DNA from: Conexibacter sp.
GTDB lineage: Bacteria; Actinomycetota; Thermoleophilia; Solirubrobacterales; Solirubrobacteraceae
Assembly (NCBI GenBank): GCA_025964325.1
Contig: JAOPZA010000174.1
Span: 3,327 to 67,326, forward strand
Direction: 5' to 3'
Length of the DNA stretch: 64,000 bases
Every line of letters starts with the position of its first letter. Positions within the stretch are counted from its first letter, which is position 1. This document shows, one piece after another, positions 55,490-64,000 of this stretch. The notes under the pieces are model-generated. The model had not been told where the DNA came from. It made no database searches and saw only the letters and a program-made list of their open reading frames with translations. A program made the translations under genes and the position numbers.

Positions 55490-56692
55490 CTAGATCTTGT
55501 GCCGCTCCAGCAGCTTCTTGCCGATCACCATGCGCTGGATCTCGGACGTCCCCTCGCCGATCAGCAGCAGCGGCGCGTCGCGGTAGAGGCGCTCGATCTC
55601 GTACTCCTTGGAGTAGCCGTAGCCGCCGTGGATGCGGAACGACTCCTCGACGCAGAAGCGACCGGCCTCGGAGGCGAACAGCTTCGCCATCCCGGCCTCG
55701 AGGTCGGACCGCTCGCCGGCGTCCTTCATGCGCGCCGCGCGGATCGTCAGCAGGCGCGCGGCGTCGATCTGCGTCGCCATGTCGGCGAGCTTGAACTGGA
55801 TCGCCTGGTGCTGCGCGATCGGCTTCCCGAACGTCTTGCGCTCCTGTGAGTAGCGCAGCGCCAGCTCGAGCGCGCGCTGTGCGATGCCGACGCCGCGGGC
55901 GGCGACGTTCACGCGGCCGACCTCGAGCGCGTCCATCATCTGGCCGAAGCCCTTGTTGAGCCCCGCCTGCTCGCCGCCGAGGATGTTCTCCGCAGGGCAG
56001 CGGTAGCCGTCGAAGACGAGCTCGGTCGACTCGACGCCCTTGTAGCCCATCTTGCGCAGCTGCGGCGGAACCGTCAGCCCGGCGTAGTCGCCGGTGTTCT
56101 CGCTGACCCCGCCCTCCTTCTCGGCGATGAAGCAGGTCATGCCGCGATGCGCCTTCTCGGCGTTCGGGTCCGTCTTGACGAGCACGAAGACGAGGTCGGA
56201 GCGCAGTCCGTTCGTGACCCACATCTTCTGGCCGTTGATCTCGTAGCGCCCGTCGTCGACCTTCTTCGCGGCCGTCTTGATCGCGGCCACGTCGGAGCCG
56301 AGCTCTGGCTCGGAGAGCGAGAAGGCGGCGCGGATCTCGCCGGTCGCCATCCGCGGCAGGTACTTCGCTCTCTGCTCGTCGTTGCCGAACTTCATCAGCA
56401 GGTAGGAGCCGATGAAGTGCGTGTTGATGACGCCCGAGATCGAGATCCAGCCGCGCGAGAGCTCCTCCACGATCATCGCGTAGGTCGTCAGGTCGAGCCC
56501 CATGCCGCCGTACTGCTCGGGGATCGTCACGCCGAAGAGCCCGAGCTCCTTCATCTGCTCCACGATCGGCTCCGGGAACGCGTCCTCGTGGTCGTAGTGC
56601 TCGGCATTGGGGATGATCTGCTCGTCGGCGAACTGCCGCACCATCTCGCAGATCGCCTTCTGCTCGTCCGTCTTGTCGATCGCTACGGCCAT
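55490..56692 (-). CDS. Acyl-CoA dehydrogenase (candidate methylsuccinyl-CoA dehydrogenase)
   Basis: FSLSEPELGSD, INGQKMWVTNG, RIHGGYGYSKEY..ERLYRDA, IGEGTSEIQR. Confidence 0.92.
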   Translation of the reverse strand: MAVAIDKTDEQKAICEMVRQFADEQIIPNAEHYDHEDAFPEPIVEQMKELGLFGVTIPEQYGGMGLDLTTYAMIVEELSRGWISISGVINTHFIGSYLLMKFGNDEQRAKYLPRMATGEIRAAFSLSEPELGSDVAAIKTAAKKVDDGRYEINGQKMWVTNGLRSDLVFVLVKTDPNAEKAHRGMTCFIAEKEGGVSENTGDYAGLTVPPQLRKMGYKGVESTELVFDGYRCPAENILGGEQAGLNKGFGQMMDALEVGRVNVAARGVGIAQRALELALRYSQERKTFGKPIAQHQAIQFKLADMATQIDAARLLTIRAARMKDAGERSDLEAGMAKLFASEAGRFCVEESFRIHGGYGYSKEYEIERLYRDAPLLLIGEGTSEIQRMVIGKKLLERHKI

Positions 56693-56715
56693 CGGTGTCA
56701 ACGCTCCGGGTCCGG

Positions 56716-56757
56716 GGGGTATCGGGAAATCGGCTGGCGCCGATTCCACGATACCCC
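56716..56757. repeat. Compound hairpin with TGGC loop between divergent genes
   Basis: GGGGTATCG..AATCGGC-TGGC-GCCGATT..CGATACCCC. Confidence 0.65.
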
Positions 56758-56869
56758 GGGGCGCGCGCCGACAGAGTCGGTCAGGCGAGCCTGAGCTGCC
56801 CGACGAGGCGCTCCAGCTCCTCGGCCGTTCTGGCCAGCTCCTGCCGCTGTTGATGTCAGACTCCCGACG

Positions 56870-58327
56870 GTGAACTTCGCCCGCGACGTCGTCGATGCCG
56901 CCGATCCCGAGCGGCTCGCGCTCGTCGAGCTGGCCCGCGACGGAAGCCGCCGCACCTGGAGCTTCGGCGAGGTCGCCGACGGCGCCGCGCGACTCGCCGG
57001 GACGCTCGCGCGCCATGGCGTCGGTCGCGGCGACGTCGTCATGACGCTGATCGGCAACCGGCCCGAATGGGTGCTCGCGATGGTCGCCTGCTTCCGCATC
57101 GGCGCCGTCGTCCTCCCCTGCACCGAGCAGCTGCGCGCCAAGGATCTGCGGCTGCGGCTCGCGGCCGCCCGCCCCGCGCTCGTCCTCGCCGACGAGCGCA
57201 ACGCCGGCGAGCTGCGCGCTGCGGGCGCCAACGGGACCGCGTTTCCCGTCCTGATGGTCCCCGATCCGGGCCTCTTCGCCGGCGCGCCGGCGCCGGCCAT
57301 CGAGCTGGCGCCGGAGGATCCGTGCCTGATCACGTTCACGAGCGGCACGGCCGGCGAGCCGAAGGGCGTCCTGCACGGCCAGCGCTACCTCGCCGGGCAG
57401 CGGCTGCAGGCCGAGCGCTGGCTGGACGCCCGCGCCGGCGACCTCGTCTGGTGCACGGCCGCGAGCGGCTGGTCGAAGTCCGCTCGCAACGTCTTCATCG
57501 CACCGTGGATCCGGGGCGCCGCGGCGCTGCTGCACGACGCCCGCTTCGATCCGGGCGAGCGGCTCGAGCTGCTCGCGCGCGAGCGCGTGAACGTGCTCTG
57601 CATGGCGCCGACCGAGTACCGCGTGATCGCCAAGCGCGCCGAGCCGCAGCGGCTGCCGGCCCTGCGCGGGCTGGTCGCCGCCGGCGAGGCGCTCAACCCC
57701 GAGGTGCTGCGCGTCTGGCACGAGGCGACCGGGCTGTGGATCCGCGACGGCTACGGGCAGACGGAGACCGGTCAGCTGACCGGCGCGCCGCTCGGCGAGC
57801 CGATCCGCCCAGGCTCGATGGGCCGCGCGCTGCCGGGCGTCGGACTGCGGATCGACGACGGCGAGCTGGTCGCCGACCCCGCGACCGTGCCGACGTTCTT
57901 CCTCGGATATCTCGGCGACGGTGCGGCCGATGCGCGCGAGGCGGACGCCGTCTGGCGCACCGGCGACCGCGTGCACGAGGACGACGACGGCTTCCTCTAC
58001 TTCGAAGGGCGCACCGACGACGTGATCATCTCGGCCGGGTACCGGATCGGCCCCTTCGAGGTCGAGTCGGCGCTCGTCGCCCACCCCGCCGTCGCCGAGG
58101 CCGCGGTCGTCGCCGCCGCCGACGAGGAGCGCGGCGCGATCGTCCGCGCCGTCGTCGTCCTGCGCGACGGCAGCAGACCGAGCGACGAGCTCGTGCGCGC
58201 CCTCCAGGAGCACGTCAGAGGCGAGACCGCGCCGTACAAGTACCCGCGCCGCGTCGACTTCGCGGCCGAGCTGCCGAAGACGGCGAGCGGCAAGGTGCGA
58301 CGCGCGCTGTTGCGCGACTCCGACTGA
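56870..58327 (+). CDS. Acyl-CoA synthetase (medium-chain/ACSM-like AMP-binding enzyme)
   Basis: FTSGTAGEPKG, DGYGQTETG, GRTDDVIISAGYRIGPFEVES, TAPYKYPR, KTASGKV. Confidence 0.93.
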   Translation: MNFARDVVDAADPERLALVELARDGSRRTWSFGEVADGAARLAGTLARHGVGRGDVVMTLIGNRPEWVLAMVACFRIGAVVLPCTEQLRAKDLRLRLAAARPALVLADERNAGELRAAGANGTAFPVLMVPDPGLFAGAPAPAIELAPEDPCLITFTSGTAGEPKGVLHGQRYLAGQRLQAERWLDARAGDLVWCTAASGWSKSARNVFIAPWIRGAAALLHDARFDPGERLELLARERVNVLCMAPTEYRVIAKRAEPQRLPALRGLVAAGEALNPEVLRVWHEATGLWIRDGYGQTETGQLTGAPLGEPIRPGSMGRALPGVGLRIDDGELVADPATVPTFFLGYLGDGAADAREADAVWRTGDRVHEDDDGFLYFEGRTDDVIISAGYRIGPFEVESALVAHPAVAEAAVVAAADEERGAIVRAVVVLRDGSRPSDELVRALQEHVRGETAPYKYPRRVDFAAELPKTASGKVRRALLRDSD

Positions 58328-58329
58328 GA

Positions 58330-59994
58330 CTAAGCCTCGACCTTAGCGTGAGACTCACGCGCCGGGTCGCTGCCACGAACTGTGCCCGTTGCAGGCGGAA
58401 CGTGGCTCATCGCGTGCTCGGCCAGCGCCGTGATCGTCAGACTCGGGTTGACGCCCACGTTGGCGGGCACCGCGGACCCGTCGCAGACCAGCAGGTTCTC
58501 GTAGCCGAAGACGCGCTGGCGGCCGTCGACCACGCCCTCGGACGGGTCGCGGGCGATCACGGCGCCGCCGAGGATGTGCGCCGTCGAGGGGATGTTGAGC
58601 GCCTCCATGATCGAGCTCTGCGCGACCCCGCCGGTCCGCTGCGCGAGCCATTCGGCGGTCTCGTTCGCGACCGGGATGAAGGTCGGGTTCGGCCGCTCGG
58701 GATCCTGCTCGGTCTGCAGCCGCACGCCGCCGAAGGCGCCGAACGGCAGCTTCTTCGGCCGCAGCGCGATCGCGTTGTCGAGCGTCTGCATCACCAGCAC
58801 GATGATCGTGCGGCGCGACCAGCCGCGCGGCCACAGCAGCCGCGCCGCCCTCCCGGGCTGGCGCACGATCGCCTTCAGCAGCTTCAGCGGCCGCGTCACG
58901 CGCGTGCCGTCGCCGACCAGCAGCGTGTACATCGCCGACATCGCGTCGCCGGCCTTGCCGTACGTGACGGTCTCGATGTGCGTGGTCGGGTCGGGGTAGA
59001 TCGAGCCGGAGATCGCGACGCGCTTCGTCAGGTCGTCGGCGTAGTCGCGCGGCACCGTGACCGCGAGGATCGCCTCGCTGTTGGTGCGCACGAGCTCGCC
59101 CAGCCGCCTCGAGACGCGCGGCAGCGAGCCACCGAGGCGGCAGCGCTGCAGCAGCAGGTTCGTGCCGAGCGCACCGGCCGCCACGACGACGCCACGCGTG
59201 CGCAGCGTCTGCGCGTCCTTCGCGCGCGCGCTCCACGCCCCCGAGCGCACGTGCGTGACGGCGTAGCCGTCGCTCCCGTCGGGGGCGCCGAGCGGGCGGA
59301 CGTCGAGCACGGTCCGGTCCGGCGTGACGGTCGCGCCGTTGCGCTCGGCGAACCAGAGGTAGTTCTTGACGAGCGTGTTCTTGGCGCCGTGGGGGCAGCC
59401 GACCATGCAGCGGCCGCAGAGCGTGCAGCCGGTGCGGTCGGGGCCCGCGCCGCCGAAGTAGGGGTCGGCCACCGTCTTGCCGGGCGTTCCCATGTAGACG
59501 CCGACCGGCGTCTTGCGGTAGGTGTCGGCGACGCCGAGGTGCTCCCCCAACTCGCGCAGCAGGTCGTCGGCGGGGTCGTCGTGGTCGTGCACGGCGACCC
59601 CGAGCATCCGTTGCGCCTCGCGGTAGTGGGGCGCGAGCTCCGCCTCCCAGTCCGCGATCCCCGTCCACTGCGGATCCTCGAAGAAGCGGGCCGGCGGGAC
59701 GTAGAGCGTGTTCGCGTAGCCGAGGCTGCCGCCGCCGACGCCGCTGCCGCTGACGACCGCCACGTCCTTGAAGGTCGTGACGCGGAAGATCCCCTTGAGG
59801 CCGATCCGCGGCGCCCAGAAGTAGCGCTTGAGGTCCCAGGTCGAGCTCGGGAAGTCGGCGTCGCGGAAGCGGCGGCCGCACTCGAGCACGCCGACGCGGT
59901 AGCCCTTCTCGCTCAGCCGCAGCGCCGAGACGCTGCCGCCGAAGCCTGAGCCGATCACGAGCCAGTCGTAGTCGAAGGCGGGCGTTCCGGCCAT
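58330..59994 (-). CDS. Cholesterol oxidase-like GMC oxidoreductase (ChoD type)
   Basis: VIGSGFGGSVSALRL, GVGGGSLGYAN, CTLCGRCMVGC, TAHILGG, GVNPSLTI. Confidence 0.9.
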   Translation of the reverse strand: MAGTPAFDYDWLVIGSGFGGSVSALRLSEKGYRVGVLECGRRFRDADFPSSTWDLKRYFWAPRIGLKGIFRVTTFKDVAVVSGSGVGGGSLGYANTLYVPPARFFEDPQWTGIADWEAELAPHYREAQRMLGVAVHDHDDPADDLLRELGEHLGVADTYRKTPVGVYMGTPGKTVADPYFGGAGPDRTGCTLCGRCMVGCPHGAKNTLVKNYLWFAERNGATVTPDRTVLDVRPLGAPDGSDGYAVTHVRSGAWSARAKDAQTLRTRGVVVAAGALGTNLLLQRCRLGGSLPRVSRRLGELVRTNSEAILAVTVPRDYADDLTKRVAISGSIYPDPTTHIETVTYGKAGDAMSAMYTLLVGDGTRVTRPLKLLKAIVRQPGRAARLLWPRGWSRRTIIVLVMQTLDNAIALRPKKLPFGAFGGVRLQTEQDPERPNPTFIPVANETAEWLAQRTGGVAQSSIMEALNIPSTAHILGGAVIARDPSEGVVDGRQRVFGYENLLVCDGSAVPANVGVNPSLTITALAEHAMSHVPPATGTVRGSDPARESHAKVEA

Positions 59995-60015
59995 CCCGAC
60001 GACCGTACCAGGAAG

Positions 60016-60031
60016 GTGACGCAGGCGTCAC
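60016..60031. promoter_or_regulatory. 16-bp palindrome between divergent promoters; candidate operator
   Basis: GTGACGC-AG-GCGTCAC. Confidence 0.45.
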
Positions 60032-60066
60032 GTTTGAAGCGGCGGACTCGACTATCGTGATCGGAG

Positions 60067-60843
60067 ATGGACGAGCGCCCGGTGATCGGCATCTGCACGG
60101 CGTACGAGCGCGCCCGCTGGAGCGTGTGGGACCAGCGTGCCGCACTGCTGCCGACGAGCTACGTCGACGCCGTGCAGCGGGGTGGCGGGATGGTGCTGAT
60201 GCTGGCGCCCGACCCCGCCCTGGTCGAGCGGCCCGACGAGGTGCTCGACCTGCTCGACGGACTGATGCTGGCCGGCGGCGTCGACATCGACCCCGCGCTC
60301 TACGGTGCCGAGCCGCACGCGGAGACCGCCGACGTCGAGCCGGAGCGAGACGCGTTCGAGCTGGCGCTCACCCGCCGCGCATTCGAGCGCGACATCCCCT
60401 TCCTCGGCATCTGCCGCGGCATGCAGGTGATGAACATCGCCCACGGCGGCACGCTGCGCCAGCACCTGCCGGAGGAGTTCGGCCACCACGAGCACCGCCG
60501 CACGATCGGCACCTTCGACGGCGCCGACCACGACGTGCGGCTGGCGGCCGGGTCGCTCGCGGCGCGCGCGGCCGGCGAGCAGCACCACGCGACGAAGTCG
60601 CATCACCACCAGGGCGTCGACCGCATCGGCGACGGCCTCGTCGTCACCGGCTGGTCGACTATGGACGACCTGCCCGAGGCGATCGAGCTGCCCGGCAACG
60701 GCTTCGCGCTCGGCGTGCAGTGGCATCCGGAGGCGGACGCGCGCAGCTCGCTGATCGCCACGCTGGTGGCGGAGGCACGCGAGCACCGTCGCGCGGCGGC
60801 CGCTCAGCTCGACGGCGCCGACTCCCCCGCCCGCGCCAGGTAG
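60067..60843 (+). CDS. Gamma-glutamyl-gamma-aminobutyrate hydrolase family (peptidase C26, PuuD-like)
   Basis: LAGGVDIDP, LGICRGMQVMN, SHHHQG, GVQWHPE. Confidence 0.92.
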   Translation: MDERPVIGICTAYERARWSVWDQRAALLPTSYVDAVQRGGGMVLMLAPDPALVERPDEVLDLLDGLMLAGGVDIDPALYGAEPHAETADVEPERDAFELALTRRAFERDIPFLGICRGMQVMNIAHGGTLRQHLPEEFGHHEHRRTIGTFDGADHDVRLAAGSLAARAAGEQHHATKSHHHQGVDRIGDGLVVTGWSTMDDLPEAIELPGNGFALGVQWHPEADARSSLIATLVAEAREHRRAAAAQLDGADSPARAR

Positions 60844-61655
60844 CCGATCATCCGGTTCGTCAGCGACGCCAGCTGACGCGTCGTGTCGGTGCCGCCCGGC
60901 GGGACGTCGTCGAGCAGCCGCTCGGCGTCGCCGAGCAGCTCGCCGGCGTTCGCGACGGCGGTCCCGACGAGCACGCGGGCGCCCGCCCGCACCAGCTCCG
61001 GCTCGACCGTCCAGATCGCCTCGAAGATGCGCTGGCCGTCGCGCGCCTGCTCCTGCTCGGGGACCTCCCACGCCGCGAGGCAGGCGGCATAGCCGGGCGC
61101 GTCACAGACGAGCGCCCACTCACGCCGCAGTGGCGCATCGGCGCCGAGCGGCACCTCGATCGGGCCCGCGCCGTGCGCGCGCGCCTGCGGGAAGTCGGCC
61201 AGCACGACCGCGAGGCGCGCGGTCCGCGCCAGCTCCTGCCAGCGCCGCTGCGCCTGACGGTAGAAGCGCTCGCGCTGGAAGCTGCCGAGCACGATCGGCC
61301 GCTCGGCGGCGGCCAACGACTCGTCCTCGATCGCGGAGGAGATCGCCGTCAGCGCGCGCTTCGTGAGCCGCTGCGGCGGCAGGTCGGCGAGCGAACGTCG
61401 CAGGCACGCGAAGACCGAGACGTCGCGGCCGGCCGGCCGCTGGGCGCGCGCGATCGCGGCCCGCAGGGCGAGCCCGCCGTCGCGCTCGCGCGCGACCTGC
61501 AGGATCCGCTCGACGTCGCCGCCGCTGTAGCGGCGCGCGCCGCCCGCGGTTCGTTGCGGCTCGGGGAAGCCGTAGCGCTGCTCCCACATCCGCAGGGTGC
61601 CCTCGCCGACGCCGGTGCGCAGGGCCACCTCGCCGATCGAGAGCCCGTCGGGCAC
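60804..61655 (-). CDS. MerR-HTH + DICT sensory domain regulator
   Basis: LSIGEVA...TLRMWEQRYGFPEPQRT..G.RRY; S.AIEDE...GSFQRERFY...RWQELA...LRREWALV. Confidence 0.85.
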   Translation of the reverse strand: MPDGLSIGEVALRTGVGEGTLRMWEQRYGFPEPQRTAGGARRYSGGDVERILQVARERDGGLALRAAIARAQRPAGRDVSVFACLRRSLADLPPQRLTKRALTAISSAIEDESLAAAERPIVLGSFQRERFYRQAQRRWQELARTARLAVVLADFPQARAHGAGPIEVPLGADAPLRREWALVCDAPGYAACLAAWEVPEQEQARDGQRIFEAIWTVEPELVRAGARVLVGTAVANAGELLGDAERLLDDVPPGGTDTTRQLASLTNRMIGYLARAGESAPSS

Positions 61656-61661
61656 GGACGC

Positions 61662-62174
61662 TCAGGCCGCCTCGCCGAACGCGCCGCGCGCCCGGATCAG
61701 GCCCAGCCGGATGCGACTCTTCGCCGTCCCGACCGGCACCTGCGTCGCGCGCGCCACCTCGCGCGCGCTGAGTCCCACCCCGTAGGCGAGCAGCACCGCT
61801 TCGCGCTGCTCCTGCGGCGCCGTCCCGAGCGCGCGGAGCGCCGCGCGCGAACGCTCGCGCCGGATCGCCAGCTCGTCGGCGCCGCGCTCGGGCGCCGCCG
61901 CGGAGATCTCGCTCGTCAGCCGCTCGGTCGCGACGTCGGCGACCTGCCGCGAGCGCCAGCGGTCGAGGGCACGGCTGCGGGCCACCATCGCCACGTAGCT
62001 CGCCAGGGTCCCGCGCGTCGGGTCATACGCCCCGGGCCGCTCCCACAGCCCGGTGAAGACGTCCTGCGCGACGTCCTCCGCGGCGGCCTGGTCGCGCAGC
62101 ACGCGCTGCGCGGCGCGCACGGCGACGGGGGCGAGACGGCGGTACGCGTCCGAGAAGTCCTGTGGATCCCACAT
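61662..62174 (-). CDS. ECF sigma factor (SigK-like)
   Basis: AEDVAQDVF..LW, YDP.RG, ARSRALDRWR, VPVGTAKSRIRLGL; AAGGAG RBS. Confidence 0.92.
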   Translation of the reverse strand: MWDPQDFSDAYRRLAPVAVRAAQRVLRDQAAAEDVAQDVFTGLWERPGAYDPTRGTLASYVAMVARSRALDRWRSRQVADVATERLTSEISAAAPERGADELAIRRERSRAALRALGTAPQEQREAVLLAYGVGLSAREVARATQVPVGTAKSRIRLGLIRARGAFGEAA

Positions 62175-62195
62175 CGGCTGCTCCTTCAACAGGCT

Positions 62196-62214
62196 GTGTA
62201 GGAAACTTATACAC
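62196..62214. promoter_or_regulatory. GTGTA-N9-TACAC inverted repeat upstream of the ECF sigma gene; candidate MerR-type operator
   Basis: GTGTAGGAAACTTATACAC, an AT-rich island in GC-rich DNA. Confidence 0.45.
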
Positions 62215-62287
62215 CGAATGTTGGGAGAGCATGCCCACGCTGGCGCGCCGGCGCTCCGGGCGGTCGTCTCGGCTGCTCGCCGACCCG

Positions 62288-63517
62288 TCAGGAGTGGAGC
62301 GTGCGCGTCGCGTATCCGGCCGCCTCGACGGCCTGCTGCACCTCGAGCGCATGCGCCTCGCCGCGCGTCTCGAGGACGAGCTGCACGGCCGTCTCGCGCA
62401 CGTGCAGGTCGATCCCCTCGCGCACGTGCTCGACGTCGACGATGTTGGCGCCCAGCTCGCCGACGAGCACCAGCAGGCGGCCCAGCTCGCCGGGGCGGTC
62501 CGAGAGCCGCGTCAGCAGCACGACGCGGCGGCCGGCCTGCGACTCGTGCCGGCGCGCGACCGATGCGAGCAGGCCGGAGTCGACGTTCCCCCCCGAGAGG
62601 ATCACGGCGGTCGTCCCCTGCCGCGCGGGCGCCGCGCGACCGCCGATCAGCGCCGCGACGCCGACCGCGCCGGCGCCTTCGACGACGAGCTTCGCGCGTT
62701 CGAGCAGGACGACCATCGCCTCCGCGACGTCGTCCTCGGGCACCACCACGACGTCGTCGAGCCAGCGCCCGATCAGCGCCAGCGTCAGCTCGCCCGGCCG
62801 CTTGACGGCGATCCCGTCGGCGATCGTCAGCGCCGAGTCGACGGCGACCGGGACGCCGCGCTCGAGCGAGGCCGGGAACGGCGCGGCGCGCTCGACCTGC
62901 ACGCCGATCACCTCGATCGCCGGGCGCAGCGTCTTGATCGCGATCGCGACGCCGCTCGCGAGCCCGCCGCCGCCGACCGGCACGAGCACGCGCGCGAGGT
63001 CCGGGATCTGCTCGACCAGCTCGAGCCCGAGGCCGCCCTGGCCGGCGATCACGTCGGGGTCGTCGAAGGGGTGCACGAACGCGAGCCCGGCCTCCTGCGC
63101 GCGGGCGCGCGCCGCTCTCAGCGACTCGTCGACGGTGATCCCGACGAGCCGCACCTCGGCGCCGAGCTCGGCGCACGCGTCGATCTTCGAGATCGGCGCG
63201 GTCACCGGCATGAAGACCTCGCAGGCGATGCCGCGCGCCCGCGCAGCGTAGGCGAGCGCCTGGCCGTGGTTGCCGGCGCTGCCCGCGATCACCCCGCCGG
63301 CGCAGCCCTCCTCGCCGAGCGCGGCGATCTTCGCGAGCGCGCCGCGCAGCTTGAACGAGCCGGTCCGCTGAAGGTTCTCGGCCTTCAGCGCGATCGTGCC
63401 GCCGACCCGCTCGCCGAGCGTGCGCGAGGAGACGACCGGCGTCTGGCGCACGATCCCGGCCCCGGCGGCCGCGGCCGCGCGGATCCGCTCGAGGTCGACG
63501 GGCTCGGTCGTCGTCAT
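62288..63517 (-). CDS. ilvA: Threonine ammonia-lyase with ACT domain
   Basis: KAENLQRTGSFKLRGA, SAGNHGQ, VPVGGGGL, LSGGNVD. Confidence 0.93.
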   Translation of the reverse strand: MTTTEPVDLERIRAAAAAGAGIVRQTPVVSSRTLGERVGGTIALKAENLQRTGSFKLRGALAKIAALGEEGCAGGVIAGSAGNHGQALAYAARARGIACEVFMPVTAPISKIDACAELGAEVRLVGITVDESLRAARARAQEAGLAFVHPFDDPDVIAGQGGLGLELVEQIPDLARVLVPVGGGGLASGVAIAIKTLRPAIEVIGVQVERAAPFPASLERGVPVAVDSALTIADGIAVKRPGELTLALIGRWLDDVVVVPEDDVAEAMVVLLERAKLVVEGAGAVGVAALIGGRAAPARQGTTAVILSGGNVDSGLLASVARRHESQAGRRVVLLTRLSDRPGELGRLLVLVGELGANIVDVEHVREGIDLHVRETAVQLVLETRGEAHALEVQQAVEAAGYATRTLHS

Positions 63518-63533
63518 CGCCGGCGCCGCACCA

Positions 63534-63932
63534 TCAGCTCGCGCCCGGCAGCGCGACGATCGCGTCGAGCTCGACGCGCGCCTCGCGCGGCAGGCCGGCG
63601 ACCGCGACCGCGACGCGGGCCGGCGGATCGCTCTCGAAGAACGAGGCGTAGACCTCGTTGACGGCGGTGAAGTCAGCCATCTCGCGCAGGTACACGGTGA
63701 TCTTGACGGCGTCGGCCAGCGTCGCGCCGGCGGCCGCGCAGACCGCCGCCAGGTTCTCGAGGCAGCGGCCGGCCTGCTCGGCGGCGGTCGCGCCGACGAT
63801 CTCGCCCGTCTCGGGGTGCAGCGGGATCTGGCCCGAGCAGAACAGCAGGCCGCCGGCGCGGACGGCGTGGACGTACGGCCCGACCGCGGCGGGGGCGCCG
63901 AGGGCGGTGACGGACTCGCGGTGGGTGCTCAC
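63534..63932 (-). CDS. ridA: RidA/YjgF-family reactive intermediate deaminase
   Basis: PAAVGPYVHAV, CSGQIPL, FTAVNEVYASFF, PARVAV. Confidence 0.92.
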   Translation of the reverse strand: MSTHRESVTALGAPAAVGPYVHAVRAGGLLFCSGQIPLHPETGEIVGATAAEQAGRCLENLAAVCAAAGATLADAVKITVYLREMADFTAVNEVYASFFESDPPARVAVAVAGLPREARVELDAIVALPGAS

Positions 63933-64000
63933 GGGGCGCTGCTCCTGTCGTGGCGGTCGGACGTGAACGGCTGCCACCACGCTACCGCGCCCGCACGCGC

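Noticed and set aside
60804-60843. 40-bp antisense overlap of the puuD-like and MerR-DICT 3' ends
   Set aside because: Short convergent overlaps are common in GC-rich genomes.
62288-63932. ridA-ilvA pairing
   Set aside because: Well-established functional pair (enamine detoxification); not novel.

Overview
A 64 kb window of very GC-rich DNA (roughly 72-74% by eye). Gene content and style fit a Thermoleophilia/Solirubrobacterales actinobacterium (Conexibacter-like); this is an inference. About 60 CDS; no rRNA, tRNA, CRISPR array, transposase or integrase recognised. Main blocks: (1) 1-6.5 kb, a pyridine-ring catabolic cluster: CoxS/CoxM-like Mo-hydroxylase subunits, a stand-alone PPDK nucleotide-binding domain, a 20-codon remnant of a PEP-utilising mobile domain, NicX/NicD/NicF-like enzymes, a LeuB-like dehydrogenase and GntR. 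(2) An ethylmalonyl-CoA pathway scattered over 20-57 kb: ccr, ecm/meaA plus meaB, MaoC hydratase, malyl-CoA lyase, acyl-CoA dehydrogenase, an atypical SucCD-like ligase with a ferredoxin, and PEPCK. (3) Mn uptake (mntR-mntH), Moco genes, agmatine catabolism, two ABC exporters, two two-component systems, an ECF sigma with a MerR-DICT regulator, and ilvA-ridA. The most unusual signals are not gene names. First, AGA codons are strongly over-used and sit where the protein families usually have Lys (possible recoding, unusual drift, or an AAG->AGA sequence artefact). Second, small palindromic elements (GAGTTC...GAACTC ends; TGGC-loop hairpins) occur between genes and also in frame inside coding sequences, at translationally coupled junctions. 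Also seen: many leaderless TAnnnT-N6-8-start promoters, two apparent single-base frameshifts, and two short duplications of gene ends.
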